A stretch of 64,000 nt of DNA, from assembly GCA_036172245.1 (NCBI GenBank), contig JAYWIR010000043.1, positions 1,736,001-1,800,000 of the forward strand, read 5' to 3'. Positions 24,101 to 37,477 of this stretch are shown here, in pieces. Source of the stretch: Raillietiella orientalis. Its lineage: Eukaryota. A program made the position numbers and the translations under genes. The notes under the pieces are model-generated. The model did not search any database, was not told where the DNA came from, and worked only from the letters and a program-made list of their open reading frames with translations. Each line of letters starts with the position of its first letter. The first letter of the stretch is position 1.

Positions 24101-27100
24101 TGTGCTCACCTGGATTATACCGGTCCTGGCAGGTGTAGAAGTCTCCGTGATTGCACAGGCAGTTTTGCCCCCATCTGTCGTTCACCACAACAGTGTCCTT
24201 GACCGGGCTGCTGTTGTAAAGCCAAGCAAGGAAGTGGGTTGAATTCCAGTACTCGTAGGGGGCTTCCCATTCCCCGTCCGACCACACAATCTCCGGCTCA
24301 TAGGTGTTCACCTGGAGGAGCAAGAGCAAAAATCAGAAACGAGCCTTTTTCCTTTCTCTCCCCCCGAGCAGCATCACATGGATGGTGGTTCACGAGATCC
24401 CGATGAGCGAAGAGGGTAGAATAAAGGACTGATGGGGGAAAAAGGGAATCCCACTTCCGAAGGGAGCCGGGATGAGTGAACTCAACGAGGCAACACCGGA
24501 GAAGTGCACCTACTGAGAGTCGTCTACTTTCTGCCCCTTCTCCTCCATCCTAAGCAAAAAGTCTTTCCGCAGTGCCCTGCAGGAAGGAGGACGCAGCGAA
24601 CAACTGAAGGGACGTCACTGAGGACCGTTAGCTTGAGGACTTGTAAGTAGCTCTCCCTCGGGATTGAGGGGAGGGAAGGAACGTGAACCGTGAGGGTGAC
24701 ATTGCACTCTGCTCATCGTATGTTCCTGCGATCGGCGATCTTGCTCCGGGAATCTCTAGAGCGCAAAAGGGGAAATGCAGATCCGAAGGCTTTCCTGGGT
24801 CCCTCCTCTTTCAATGTCATAAAATGCAGTCTGCTAACATTTCGCTTCGTTCACTGAGGAATCAGGAAGGACCGCCCGAGTGCTCGATGTCTGCGTCGGT
24901 TGCCTTCGTTTTCTCAAGTACTCTGCACTCTCCCGCTCTCGCATATCCGGAAGGTTTTCCCACGTGGGGAGGGGTTTGGCTGGCTGGATGTCAAGGGAAC
25001 GGGTGGCACTCTTGATCTTCGCAGTAGCTGCCCTTTCCATGCCTCTGGATGCCTTCCGGTCAGGAGACACCTCCGTTCTTCAATGACGTGAACTCGTGTC
25101 CCGGCGACAGCATTCGGGAGAGAAAGGGACGCTCACTACCCGTTCCGCCGGCCACGTGCAAGAGTGAGGGATAGGGAATAATGCCATCGACTCTTACTCT
25201 AATCGGACACCTTCGCCAATAGGGTCAGTCGGGATCCGTGTCCCCCAGGCAAAGGTCTGGCAAGCAGAGGAAAACGGTCTGATATTGTCCCGTACGGTCT
25301 GATATCCCTCCAAGCTCCTCTCCGAAGGAACGAGGGAATGAGATCCTTCATGTCCTGTCCGCCAAATTGGCGGAAAGGGGAAGGGGTCTCTCTCCTCGGT
25401 GGGTGGGACGGGGGAACGTCCAAGCAGGGAGAACAGCGCCACCCGCATTTCGAGCACTGCGCCATTCCCCGCGGCGCTGCGGGTGCATGTCCAGAACCCG
25501 CGTTCGCTCCCTCCTTTCGACACGCGACCTACCGGTGCAGGAGCCACAGGGCGGCACGATCCGCGCGAAACGAACCTGACCGGGCGGAGACGGGGATCGG
25601 TCCGTCGGAGTCCCTCCCGTCACTCCCAGAGAGATACCCTGGCGGGCGCAGCATTACCAGCTCGTACAGCTCCGGGAGGGTCTTGCTCGCCACAAATTGC
25701 TGCGTCGTCCAGTTGCTGTCCTTATCCATAAGGTACAAGGGGTGGAACCACTCGTACAGAGAGTGGTACAGGCCAAACTTCAGATCCGTTTGCTCCCGCA
25801 GGGCCGTCGCCAGTTCGCCTAGGCAACGAGCGATGCGCCGCCGGGCATGCAAAAACTGCGTGGGGGGGAACTCCCCTCGCCTTCCCCTCCTCACCGACTA
25901 GGTCGATCTTCGGTCCCACATCCATGGAGTTCCAGTTAGCACAGAACTCGGAGTCCCAGAGACAGAAGCCTTCGTGGTGCTTCGACGTCAGAACGACGTA
26001 TCTGCAAGAAGACGCACCGCATGCAGTCCCAATCCGAGGAGGGAGGGAGAGGGTGAGTAAAGGGCAGATGGTCCCGGATCACTCAGACGGGAAATGGGCT
26101 CCCAGGGGACCTACAGCCGATATGGAGAGGTTCTCGCACGCAGCACGTTCCTCTCCTCCCTCAAGAGAAAGGAGATTGCCGACAGGAGGACGTTTGGAAT
26201 CTCCAGGTCTCGGAAGGTTTCTTCCTGAGGGAGGGTAAGCTCCAGGAGGAGAACACGCACACCAGGAAACATTCGGAGGTGTGAAAACACCAGCGGCACT
26301 CATCCGTTCAGGATTCGCTTCCCGGGACGAGAAACGATAGGTCCTGCCGCGAGCAGCATGATCGCCCTGCTGCTGCGCTCGCCATCCCTGAGGCAGCTGT
26401 GGGTGTCTTTCGCTCAGCTCCTGCCGGAGGCTGCAGGCGACCGTTCTCAGGAGACAAACCGCCTTCCCAAAGTGGCAGCTCTCGTCAGCCCCGGAAAGAG
26501 ATGCGTCGCGTCGCTGTCCTACCTGGCTCCCGACGCCTGGAAAAGCCTGGCCCAGGATTCAGGGTCGAAAAATTCCGCCGTGAAGTCGGGTCCGAATTCC
26601 TGATACGAGAATCCTGGACGGAAGTTGTGCTCCATGAAGTTCACCAGTGCATCGTCTCCCAGGGCTGGAAGTGGAAGTAACGAGTGTCAAGGAGAGAGGA
26701 GACTGTGGAGAAGGCGGCTTGCAGTAAAGCAGCGCGCAGAGGCGAACAGCGCAGATGGCATCCTCTCTGCCTCCTTCCTCCACCTCCTTTTTTACTTTCC
26801 TGGGAATTCTCGTTATTACTTCGATGCTCTTTCTTCGAGCTCGTGACAGGCATGAGGACAAAGGGCCACCTGCAGGGTTTCCCTCAAGCACGCCGAGAGC
26901 ACCAGCAGCAAGAGATACAGTAGTTCGGCTCCATCCTTCCTGCCTCCGACTTCGAGCTGCATCTGTTCTTCGGCCTTTTGGCATTGAATCTTCCTACTTG
27001 ATGTCGTGCTGCATTTCTCCAGCGGCGGTTGCTCCGCTTCGCTGGTGATGTTGTTCGATCACTGTCTATCTCTTTGCCTGTTCCATAACACCGCTCGATG

Positions 27101-28011
27101 CGATCCCTTGCTGCCATTGGATCCGGAGAGTTCGTTACGATCTACTGCTGCGTCTCCTATTGTTCATCTCCTTTTCCACCGTGGGGTTTTTAAGCCTTGC
27201 TCTGTTTTCCTTGCCTTTCACCACGTCCTTTGGCCACGCCCAAGTAACCTTGGCGTCTGCTGTGATGCAATAGGACCGACTCCCCTTCCTGGAGCTGAGA
27301 ACTCAATGAGTCCCCAGGTCCAGGAATTCTCTCAGGAAGACTTTCGATTACTGTTCCTTGCCTCTCAGCTGTGGTCTCCCCTTCTCGATGTGCACAGTCG
27401 CATCCAAAAATAGTCCGATTCTCCTCCTAATCATTGATCTGCGGCTGCTCCACTTTTGTCACTGTGGTGCTCCCCCCTTCTCCGGGGTCTTCTATACTCA
27501 AGAATCTGCCGTAGCTGATCCCCTAGGAGTCTACAATTGCTCTCTGGGTGGAGAAGCGAGCCGAAAGGATGACCATGAGGCTTTCCGAAATGCTCATGCT
27601 TTAGCAAGAAGAACAGAAGAGGAAAAGGAAGTTGGCACCGAGCAGGGGTGGAGACCTTTCGCGCAGCGGGGTAAGATCCTGCGGTCAGGCAGCCAAGAGA
27701 GGTCTCTTTCTTTTTTCGTCATCATGCGCCCCCTCGTCCTCTCCCTGCTCAGAGGTGGCGCGCTCGGGACTTCGAACTTCGGGGGCACCCGAATCGCGCG
27801 ATCTCTCACCTTTCCAGTTGTACCAGAACCATTCTGAAGAGACCGCCGGCACGGAGTACACTCCCCAGTGGAGGAAGATGCCCATCTTAGCACTGTCGTA
27901 CCACGAGGGAAGGGGTCTCTTGTCCAGGGATTCCCAGTTCGGCAGGTATTCCGCGTGCAGTGAAGCCGGTGCTAGGCACGAGACCAGGACGACGGCTCTT
28001 AGGACCTCCAT
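21134..28011 (-). CDS. FUCA: Alpha-L-fucosidase (GH29, FUCA1/2-like). Exons 28011-27810, 26664-26523, 26001-25895, 25818-25658, 24311-24110, 21860-21720, 21669-21507, 21443-21296, 21238-21134; 456 aa
   Basis: All introns are GT-AG with consistent phases (1371 nt). Signal peptide [20 protein letters not shown], then [50 protein letters not shown], catalytic nucleophile [48 protein letters not shown]. Confidence 0.96.
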
Positions 28012-31000
28012 GCTCGCTTTCAGATAGCAACGCCTCTGAAATTACAGTATAAGAGGACAGTGCCTGATCCTGGACAGTGCCCTGCCCAGGATCTATGATC
28101 CTGGGCAGTGCCTACCCGAACTACCCTATCCACCAACCAACTTTCCCACCCCTTCCTCTCTTCTTCCCTTCCTTCAGACGGAGCGAAAACACTCCTGCGT
28201 CGATACCACGGCAAATCCCCTCGCCAGAAACAGCCCCCACTGACGATAGATGCACGGAGAAGGAGATCAGGAAAATACGAAAGATCCCAACCAAAAAAAT
28301 CCGTAGCTCTATGGGCAGTGGGAGCCGATTGACCAGCACATCCGCCACTCACCAGGGAAGTGTCGACTGGAAATGCTCTTCCCTGTCAGGAGCGCAATCC
28401 AACAGCTCCTCGTGCCCGAGGAGCTGTCTGCTGGGCGGCTTACTGTGCCTGAGGAGCTGTCTGAAGGCAGACCGTCACTACCTGAGGCTCGTCTGAGAGA
28501 GCATGGCACTTCCTCAGTGAAGGGTGCGGCATCGTACTAGTATTATTGATCCCTCTGAGTTTTGCCAGACCCCCACGTCTGAGTTTAGAAAACCAGACTG
28601 GTCCATTAGAACGCGTCTGTGTGTCCATGAACCGTCAGGGGCACCCACAAGAGTGCAGAGCATCTCGGTAATCCAACAGGGAGCCAGTGCGCCAAGAGTC
28701 CAGGTGAGAATTGAAACCTCCCTCTTAAGAAGAGGGCTTTTTTTGCAACTCCAAGAGGTTCCGTAGAAGAGAGGGAAAACGAGGAAAAACAGGCAGTGAT
28801 AGGTTCGTGCATGGCTCGTTCCTGACTCTGAGAGGCAGCTGAAGATGGAGGAGGTTACATCTCAAGCTCCCAAGATCGCGGGCTTCTGCTTCCAGAGACT
28901 TTCACCCTCCTTCCTCCGCCACCTCCTCCCCTTTTCTTTTTTTTCCTTTCGCTTTTCTTCCTCCGCTTTTTCGTTCATCTCTTGTTTCCTCGTGGGTGTC
29001 TTCAAGATTTTCAAAGTGTTTGCTTCACCTTCACCTTTCTTCTAAAAGTCACTTTGGGAATCCTATGAACTGAAAGGGTCGACTGATACCGACCTTTCGT
29101 CCCAAAACCTGTGCCTAAGCTGGTCGCTGCCTCGAACCGCCAAAGGTTCATACTTCCTGGTGGGCAAGAAAGCGAAGAACCAGGTGCTAGACAAGACGCA
29201 CCGTTCAGCCCTCGACTCCGACCTCAGGGGATGGAAGTGCACCTTGATTTCCGCAACAGCACCCCTTTTTTTCCCTACAGGAACTCTTGGTTGGCAGCAT
29301 TCACTTCTCCTGCTTCCTGCCTATCGGCTACGTTTGTATCTCGAATTATCCTTGGAGAAGGAGAGAGTTGGAAACAGGCGTGTCCTAAGTGTTCGTGTCG
29401 GCAAGCGCACCTGTTCCATCCTTCCTCTCCCTCCCTCTAGCGGGAGCGAAAGACGACGTCAAAAACAGAGGGAAAACAGGCAGGAGGCCGTCTCTCTCTG
29501 GAAGTCGGGAAGCCTTCCTTGGAGGCGCCCCCTGCATAGAACGCGGAACTGTACACTCCCCCGCATTTTTTTTCACCCCGGCAAATGGGTAAGAAAAATG
29601 CTGGCGGCAAAGGGAATCGCGCGCGGGCGACAGGAATTCCAACGGAAACTTCGACAGAAATTTCGACCTCCCTTCCTTGCCTTTCTATCACGAAATGCGC
29701 AGCTTCGTGTTGATGGGATGGTGATGACCTAAGGGAGAAGGGTGGGAGGAGTTGCATCCTCCTCCTCCTCACTACAAGAACACAATGAGCAGTGTTGTCT
29801 TCCCAGGCAGAGAACCAAAACCAGGAGAGGGGCTTCCTTCCCTATGCTGAGAGGCACCCGGCCCCGGGGTCGAGAAAAGGACATGCCGACTTTCCAGACC
29901 TTAGCGAAGCGCGGAGAGGCGGCTTCTCACTCACTTCATGGGACGTGTGAGCAACCACAGACTTCGCAGGAGAGCTGGCATAAGACACCTCCCCTCCCCT
30001 GTTCCCTTGTTTCCTGAGGCTTTCTTTATAAGGGCAGAAAGTTCAGAGAACACCCGAAGGCTCCGAATTACCTCTTACTAGGAGTCCGGAAGGAATTTCC
30101 TTTAGAAAGGCATTCACGGAAGTACCCGGATTTCAGGAGTAGAGGAAATACGGGATGAGTTCCCTAAAAAAAGAGGCCTCCGTGGACTTTTAGAAAGAGG
30201 ATGAATCGAGCACCACCAGTCGGCAGGAAAGCTCCACCGTACAACGCCAACATCCTAACGGCGGGCAATGAAGGAGCGAATGTAGGTCAGCACCTAGCAG
30301 CCCTCGTGACCTGGCTTGCCTCGGGATCTCCTCGGGATCTCTCTCGAAATCTCACCGGCGCGCTCCGACAGCAGCGCCATGCGTTCTCAGCAAGCCGGAC
30401 ACTGCCGCCTACCTCCCGTCCCGCGTCTGCTCCTCCAGCTGAGGAAAGCCTTCAGAGTGATCCATCAGCGCTGCGGAAGATGCCGTTGCCAAACCTCCCC
30501 AGTTCCATACGCGCTCCCTGCTCCAGAAGGTGACAGAACGGCCTAGAGTATGTGCTCTCCTGTTGTTCTTGCGCTGCTCTGAGGAGGAGGTGTGGGGACT
30601 CCGGAAGGGGGTCGATGAGCAGGAAAAGAGAGGAACGGCGACTAGAAAGCACGAAACACGGTAGGGATACTCCGTCGTTTCTCTTCGGGATTCTGGTCTC
30701 AGAGGTGTCACCGGGATGACTCTGAGCAGATGCTGTTTCTTTCTACTCCCCTCCTCTTTCGCGAACTGCAGAGAACGCCCCCCAGGAAAATGTCCTCACC
30801 CGTACAGTCGATCTTGGAAGCTTTTCGAGCCCGAAGAAAACAAAAAAGACGAATACCAATCCCAGAGAGCTTTCCTATAGGCGTTTGCTGACCTTAGGGT
30901 CATTCAAAAAAAACAAAAGAAAGAGGGAGAAAAAAAAGGGCAACCTTAAGCGAGGATGGTTCCGAGAAGATCTGTACGCTGATTTTGTACTCACTCGCGC

Positions 31001-33527
31001 TAATTGAGTCAATCAGGCATGAAGGCAGGAAACACTAGGAACAAGCGCTCCTATCCCCTCCCCCTCCCCCCCCGAAAAGGAGGTGAAAGAATTACTGTCT
31101 GCTGCCGTTACAACGGCGGGACCCGGATCAGGCTTGCCAGCACTCCCACAAGCTGAGGTCCAAGATGGAGGTCTGCCACGTGGAGTGTTGCGACCGGAAG
31201 GATCGGAGCGAAGACGATTCTCCCCGATGGCGGCAGCTCGGCAACAGCCCAACTCTTCCTTTTTTTTTTTTTTTGGACCCCCGTGAGTAGCAGACGCTCC
31301 TCCTCGCCCGCGAGGGCTCCTATCCTTCCATCTACTTTCCCCATCCCGTCCCTCTTTCGTCCCGGGGGAACATCCGAAAGGTTACTCACGCGAGAATTCC
31401 TGCTGGAAGCGATCACGGCGGCGACCAGACCGAGCTGCGTTACCCCTGCTCCTGCGCAGTGCGCGTGCACTCTGGGAAGAGGGAACGACCTCGGCTCTCC
31501 CTTCCCTGCCGTCCCATTCCCTCCCTTGGAAATTGAATCCGGTCTGTGACGAGGGAGTATCGCTTCTCCGCACCGTCAGAACGCGCCATCTGGAGAAGTC
31601 TTGCGGAGTGTCCGGATGCCCTGCGGACGACGAAGCTCAGGGGACAAAAGAGCAACGCCAGCGAGAAGCCCTACAACCGCGTTTCTCTCTCCGGGGAACC
31701 GGGAAAAAACCTTCTGTCGGAAGAAGTTCGTAGTTACACACACCGGGAGAGTTACACACAACGAGGAGGGAGTGCGATCCCCTACGAGTCCGAGAGACTC
31801 GCGCCTCTGACAGAAGGATAGCTGTCTGTAGCTTGTCAGCCTTAAGTGTCCACACAGCTGGAGGCGGAAGATGCATAGCAGTGGAGGTCTACGGATGTGC
31901 AGGCCACGCGTTTTGGAGGTGTCAATGTCTCCACCCACTCGTCCCCCGTCTCTTCCAGCCTGGACGTTTGGGTGAAAGCACCTCTGTCCAGGTCTCTTCT
32001 CGACTCACCCACTCTTCTCTTCGTTTCGTCCTTACCTCGCCCTAGCTCCAGGTCTTCTCTCTCCGTGGATCGCAGTGGTATCTGCAGTGCATCCTGTCAG
32101 AGCCCCGGAGTGACACGAGCACCTTCTGTCACGCACGCATGTGGGAACACCTGTACCGCGTGCACATGTAAATGCACACATCGCTTCAGGTAATGCGCGC
32201 CGCAACGCATCAACGGTGCTCAAGCACGCGTTGGTTTCACGCCCGAATACTGCGCACTTTACGAAGTCCGGGTGCACTTACGAGCGAACGAGCATCGCTC
32301 ATGGAGTGCGCGTGCGCGCGCACGGAAGTACGAACTTCCCTGTGCATTAGCACAACACTCTCTGCGTCAACACACTGCAGAGCACGCAGCACAAGTGGGA
32401 AAGACCTCGGGCAGAGGCGGGGAGGTGCCATGTATGACGCGCATTATCGGAAGTCGTCCTAGAAACCAGAGAGAGAGCCCACCTGAGGAGATAGCCACGA
32501 GAAGCTTCAGGTGGCCTTCTCTTCAGGTGTGAGAACCAAAGCTGCTTGCCCCATACTATTGGACTACGAGGAAACAACTTACCTCTGGAAGGGCGTAGGG
32601 GCCACCTTTCCTGGCTCCTGAGGGAAGGCAGTCATATGGCGACTGTACGCGTTCCGATGCTTTGTTTTCCGGCTTCCCTCGAAGCATGGGAGGTGCAATC
32701 TAAACTCTTCCATATGACGCAACCTCACGGGAGGGGGAGGAGAGGGGAACCGGGAATGCAAACCGAAGCGCCATCGTTCCGGCTGCGACCAAGCTCAACA
32801 TTTCTTCGGAAGCATTCAGACTCCACGAAGCCCATTCGCGTGCGGGAACTCGGTATTGCAGCATCCTACAGCTTCAGTCGTGGTTGCTGCTCATGTCTCC
32901 ACACCTGAATATTTGAATGCTGGGTAGACGGAAATCACTTTCCAGTGCCTGACTTGCTGCTTCATCGCGTCCATCATCATCCAAAAGTAATACTTGAAGA
33001 AGAGGACCCATTCCCCCCGATTCTCCAAATTTCCATTCCTACGACGAATCAACTTGAATGCATCAGTTATTCCCGAACTGCGAATCAATGGGCAAAAATA
33101 TGCCAGCGCATCTACGCCCATGTTCCCATTTCTTGAGACCAGCCCACCAGCGGAATGAAGTGTGATCGAGCCTTCCCTCCGGAACCCCGGAATTCAGCAC
33201 AGAACAAATGGTCGGAATACGAAAAGGCTCCTTATCCACGCAACTTGTCCTGCATCCTCCGAGCCAATGGAATGTCTGCCCCACCCAGAGGCAAGCAGAC
33301 TCGAAAACACAACCAAATCACAGATGCAGAGAACTCTTATCATTCCTTAGATCAGAAGAGCGAAGCTAGGCGAAAGAGGCAGACTCCTCAGGATCTCTCC
33401 CATGATCCCTGCATTGAGAGGATGCTGTCTCTTCAGCACCGAGAAAATCCTGTCGAAGCCATTGCTCGGCTGCAACGATGGTCAAGTTCCCTCATTCAAA
33501 AAGATGGCGTCTGGAAAGGTGGATTAT

Positions 33528-35000
33528 CACCCGGGTGCGCCGCGGCGTTTATTCAATATAAAAGTAAACAATCATAATCTCTCACGTCCATTTCAAAGCA
33601 AACCTGACCTGCCGCGTTACCGGTTATCAGACTGCTAAGGTCCGCCAGGGCAGCAGACAGAAGGGGGCAAACAAAAAAAAAAGCAAAAAAAAATACTTTG
33701 AAAAATAAATACTTGGAGGGGTGCGAGAAGAAATCACGTCCTGCTGGTGGTGGTCCTCTGCATTCTCTCGAGGATTCCGGCACGTTCTTGTTGCATGGTG
33801 CTCTTCAGGTGGGGCCATCTCGTTGCAATCCTCATGAAGCGGACGACAATCTGGATGGCACACCTCTCGCTCGGTTCTCTTCTTGCGTGGCTCCAGGCCA
33901 CTACAATTCAGCGTAGACAGCAGAGAGCTTCCAGCGAAGCAGCGGGCGGAAGGGCGTCTCGTAGGAGGATGGGTCTTAAACCATCCCTGGAGTTGCCGCT
34001 GTGGGTTGATAGGGTCGCAGAAAAGCATTCCCGAGGGGCTAGAGAGTCGGGAGGGATTCGCGCTACCCACACCTGGCACAGTTTGGGTTCACATCTCCCC
34101 GTGTCCAGTGATGTTGACGGGGGTTGCACGGGAGACCCCAGTGCAGCATCATCAACGCCGACTCCTGCCAACGAGAGTGTGTGTGCAAATCTTCCTCCGG
34201 AATATCCAGCAGCTCGTCCCAGCGCACAAGTCCACGTGGAAGGACACTTGTGATTGCAAAGCTGGTCAGCTGCACCATGGTCGAACCACACACCCTGCGG
34301 GCTGGACCACGAGGTAAGTTCTCGAGTAAGAGCACTCGGGGTCGCAGCATCTTTAAGCTGATCCGTCGTCCACTCTCCCAGTCCTCTTCTCTTGCCTGAG
34401 ATTTCCTTCTTTTGGAAAGATGGAGGTGCTTCCACCGAAGCAGCTACCCTTGGGGCTAGGTATTTTCTTCTCAGGACGCCACTTGGGGAAACTTCTGGCC
34501 ACAGGGCTTCTTGTTTGCACAATACTATTGAGGGAAGGGACCTGATCTTTAGCCTGATTGGATCTGGGAAGACAGAAGCGCCCCCCTCACCTTTACACGG
34601 TTCTTGATGTCACTCGAAAGTGATGGCCACAACATCTCTCTAATCAGCTCAGATGAAGAATTTCTATCCTGGGTGTTACAGAGGGTGTTCCAGCCAGCAA
34701 GGATGTCATGCACCGACTTAACACGAGTAGAGATAGTTCTTGACTGATAGTTCGCATAGCAGCGTGCGCAGAACTCACACCACCGCCGAGGGCCTGGACG
34801 CCTCTCGGGCACGGAACCTCATGAAATCTTACACTGGTTTCTCACTCTGCCTTGACTCGCAGAGAAGGAACTTTCGGAAAAGGAGAGAGCAGAGGGACTT
34901 TCTTATGGAAGGAGCAATATCTAGAGAAAGCAGATACAACAGCATCCTCGGTCCTTGTGAGACTTAAGACAGTGCATAGAAGATGCTTCTTCCTCCTCTT
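33528..35000 (-). mobile_element. 5'-truncated decayed L1/Tx1-like element
   Basis: PRGLVRWDELL...WQESALMMLHWGLPCNPRQHHWTRGDVNPNCARCG (34063-34350); T-rich UTR at ~33660-33715; terminal motif at 33528-33553. Confidence 0.85.
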
Positions 35001-35699
35001 TTTTCTATTTTGTCTTTTTCTCAGCCCGCTGAAGCTCTCGTTCGAGTGAGCTTTAACCATTTGCAGCGTGTTTCTCCCGCTGCTGTTCCCACTCAGCAGA
35101 ATGTCTCCTTGGATTCTTCTCTGTCCAGATGCTTTCGAAGTGTCCTTCGAGCATGCAAAGGAAAAGGAATTGGTTGGTTCTTTTTCTTGAGTCTTGTTGA
35201 CTCAACACCTGCCAAAGACTCTTGGATGACGCACGCGCTGGAGGCCGTGTGGCTGCATCTTCCTCTAGAGAAACCTGGCGTTGCGAGTTTGAATCCCCTG
35301 AAGGGTCGACCCCGAAAATGGGTGCATAAGGGGGTTTCGAGTCCCTCCGCAAGTCGCTGGTTGGCCCACAGCCCTCAGTGAGGCACTGAAATGACGCTTA
35401 TGCTCATTCGAAACGGGATACCCTCGTTGACTGGAGGAGGAATTGGAAATCGATTCTCCGGGGACCTTCCAGAAATCACTGAACAGGTTTTCTTCGAGGT
35501 CTCCCCTTCCAGTTGTGCACAAGGAGCCGACCCTACCCCTTGGGTAGGAGTGGGTGTCTCTTCGAACTGGTCAAACTCCTCAGGGGTTTCCTCTCCAGTT
35601 TCCTGGAAGCTCATTGCTCTCTTTGGGCAGCGCTCTTCAGAAAACATTAGAAGTATCCCAGCCGGTTCCCTTCGGAAAAAAAATCCCTAAGGGAGGTCA

Positions 35700-36501
35700 A
35701 TGGCAGCAGCCAGACGGTGGAGTGGGAAGTCTCCTGCGAGATCGCAGGCAGGGTGCGTGGTTGGGCCATGGGGCAGCTGAACAATGCTGCGATCACAAGT
35801 GATCACCTTCCACATGGACTTGTGCGCTGGAACGAGCTACTCAGCATTCTCAACGAAGACCTGAAATGGCCACCAGAGTTCATTAACAGCAGCACCTCTC
35901 CCTGGAGTGGCAGGGGATCGGCACTTCTGCTATTGCAATAGTCTTCCCTGCAACTCTCGCCGACACCACTATACACTGGGAAGAGTAAGACTGTCGCAGG
36001 TGCGGAAAACGGGTCTTTCTCTCACCTCCATGTGGACTATGTTGCCCTCCGGTCCATGTGGGAACATTCTGGGACGACCTAAGGACCCCAGCTGACAGTT
36101 CCAAGGACGTTATAAAAGTCCTCTTGCACGCAGGATGCCTTACAACCAGTCGCAGCATTGACAGTAATTTGCTCCATCCGTGGGATTATGGAGGCTTAGA
36201 GCGATGCACAAGGAGGACCGACCTAGACGGCATCCTGGAAAGGATGAAGAGGACATCTTCCAGTGGGTAATGACCCCTTCCGGGCCCTCCAGTCCTTTTT
36301 TTCGTTTTTGTTCCATGAACTTTCTTTTTTGTTTAGTTTGTTTTCCCCCTCCCCCTCCGCTGCCTAGGAGACCCTCGCAGGTCTGCTGCCGCAGACCTGC
36401 GAGGATCAAGTGCTGGCAACCCAGCAGGTCCAAGGACAAACTGAGCGTGGTAGGACCACGTGTCCTACCATAATGTAATAAATGCCTCGGCGTGCCCGGT
36501 G
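35700..36501 (+). mobile_element. 3' fragment of an L1/Tx1-like element
   Basis: GWAMGQLNNAA...PHGLVRWNELL...WQGSALLLL..LPCNSRRHH; T-rich UTR at 36295-36345; terminal motif AATAAATGCCTCGGCGTGCCCGGTG at 36477-36501. Confidence 0.85.
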
Positions 36502-37477
36502 GAAATCGGAAAAGAAATGACGAGTGGCCCCCCTCCTTCGGAGTTTCCCTCGGGAGAGAATAGGGAAGAGATTCCTTCTGGGGTTCCCTTCCAAGAGTAA
36601 GAAAGTCCGGACTCGTTTCTCCAGAACCTTCCTGGATTTTCATGGTGGTTCTTTCTTGGTTTCCCCCTGACTTAGTCACACGCGCCCTTGGGTGGCGTTG
36701 ACGATGTTTTCAAAGCACCCTGTGAGTCCCCATGCGGCGGCATCGTCGAGTCACTCCGATGTCCTCCTAAGGAGGCGGACGATTCTTCGGCCCTCAGAGA
36801 ACCAAAAAAAAGATTTTAGGATGGAAGTCTTTGGCCTCTACAGGAACTCCTCTAATAGCGGATTTCTGCAAACGCAAGGCGACGTACTTTGATGCTACCA
36901 CTCTTCTTCTTCCCTTTTCCTTCTCACACCGGTTGTCTGGCGTCCAATGAACCAAACGAAGCGAAGGGAATGCTCACGTATCTCCTTACAAGGAAGAAAA
37001 AAAACCTAGCGAACAGGAAACTCTTCTGGCAGCCAGGAAATCGTGCCAGTGAGTTTCCTAGGGAACGAGACGTAGCTGATGAAGACAGAAACCATGAAAG
37101 TGCAAAGCAGGAGTTTCGTGATAATCACACTCTATCAAAGATCCTGATGAAGTATGATTTCCAAAGCAGGACCAATCACGAGCTCGGTCTTGCCCACAAA
37201 ACGGCAATGCAAGTGTCCATAAGTCTCTCCCCACGGCTCAAGGAGGAAGTTCGCGATGTGGAAGTAAGTCACTCGCTTTTTCTTCAAGGGAAAATGAGCT
37301 CATGGAAGATTTACGTGATACCTGTGCCAGCGGGCTGGGAAGAATTTGCCTCTCTCTACGAGCCCCTTAGGGAACCCCTGCAAGGAGATGTTCCTGCGAC
37401 CCTTTTGGACAGTCGCAAGAATCCACTCGCTGGTATAACTCGTTGCTGGAAGGAGGGCGGAATGCCAACCGGTTTTC

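Noticed and set aside
28056..28465. Short direct repeats (TGATCCTGGRCAGTGCC; GTGCCYGAGGAGCTGTCTG) upstream of the fucosidase start
   Set aside because: Only two copies each with irregular spacing; ordinary local duplications, not CRISPR-like.
28800..31900. Possible LINE ORF1/5' UTR fragments in GC-rich DNA
   Set aside because: No zinc knuckle or RRM-like motif was recognisable, so no call can be supported.
32127..32450. TGTCAC-initiated, CA/CG-rich segment resembling a solo LTR
   Set aside because: No second copy, TSD, PBS or PPT was found in the window.
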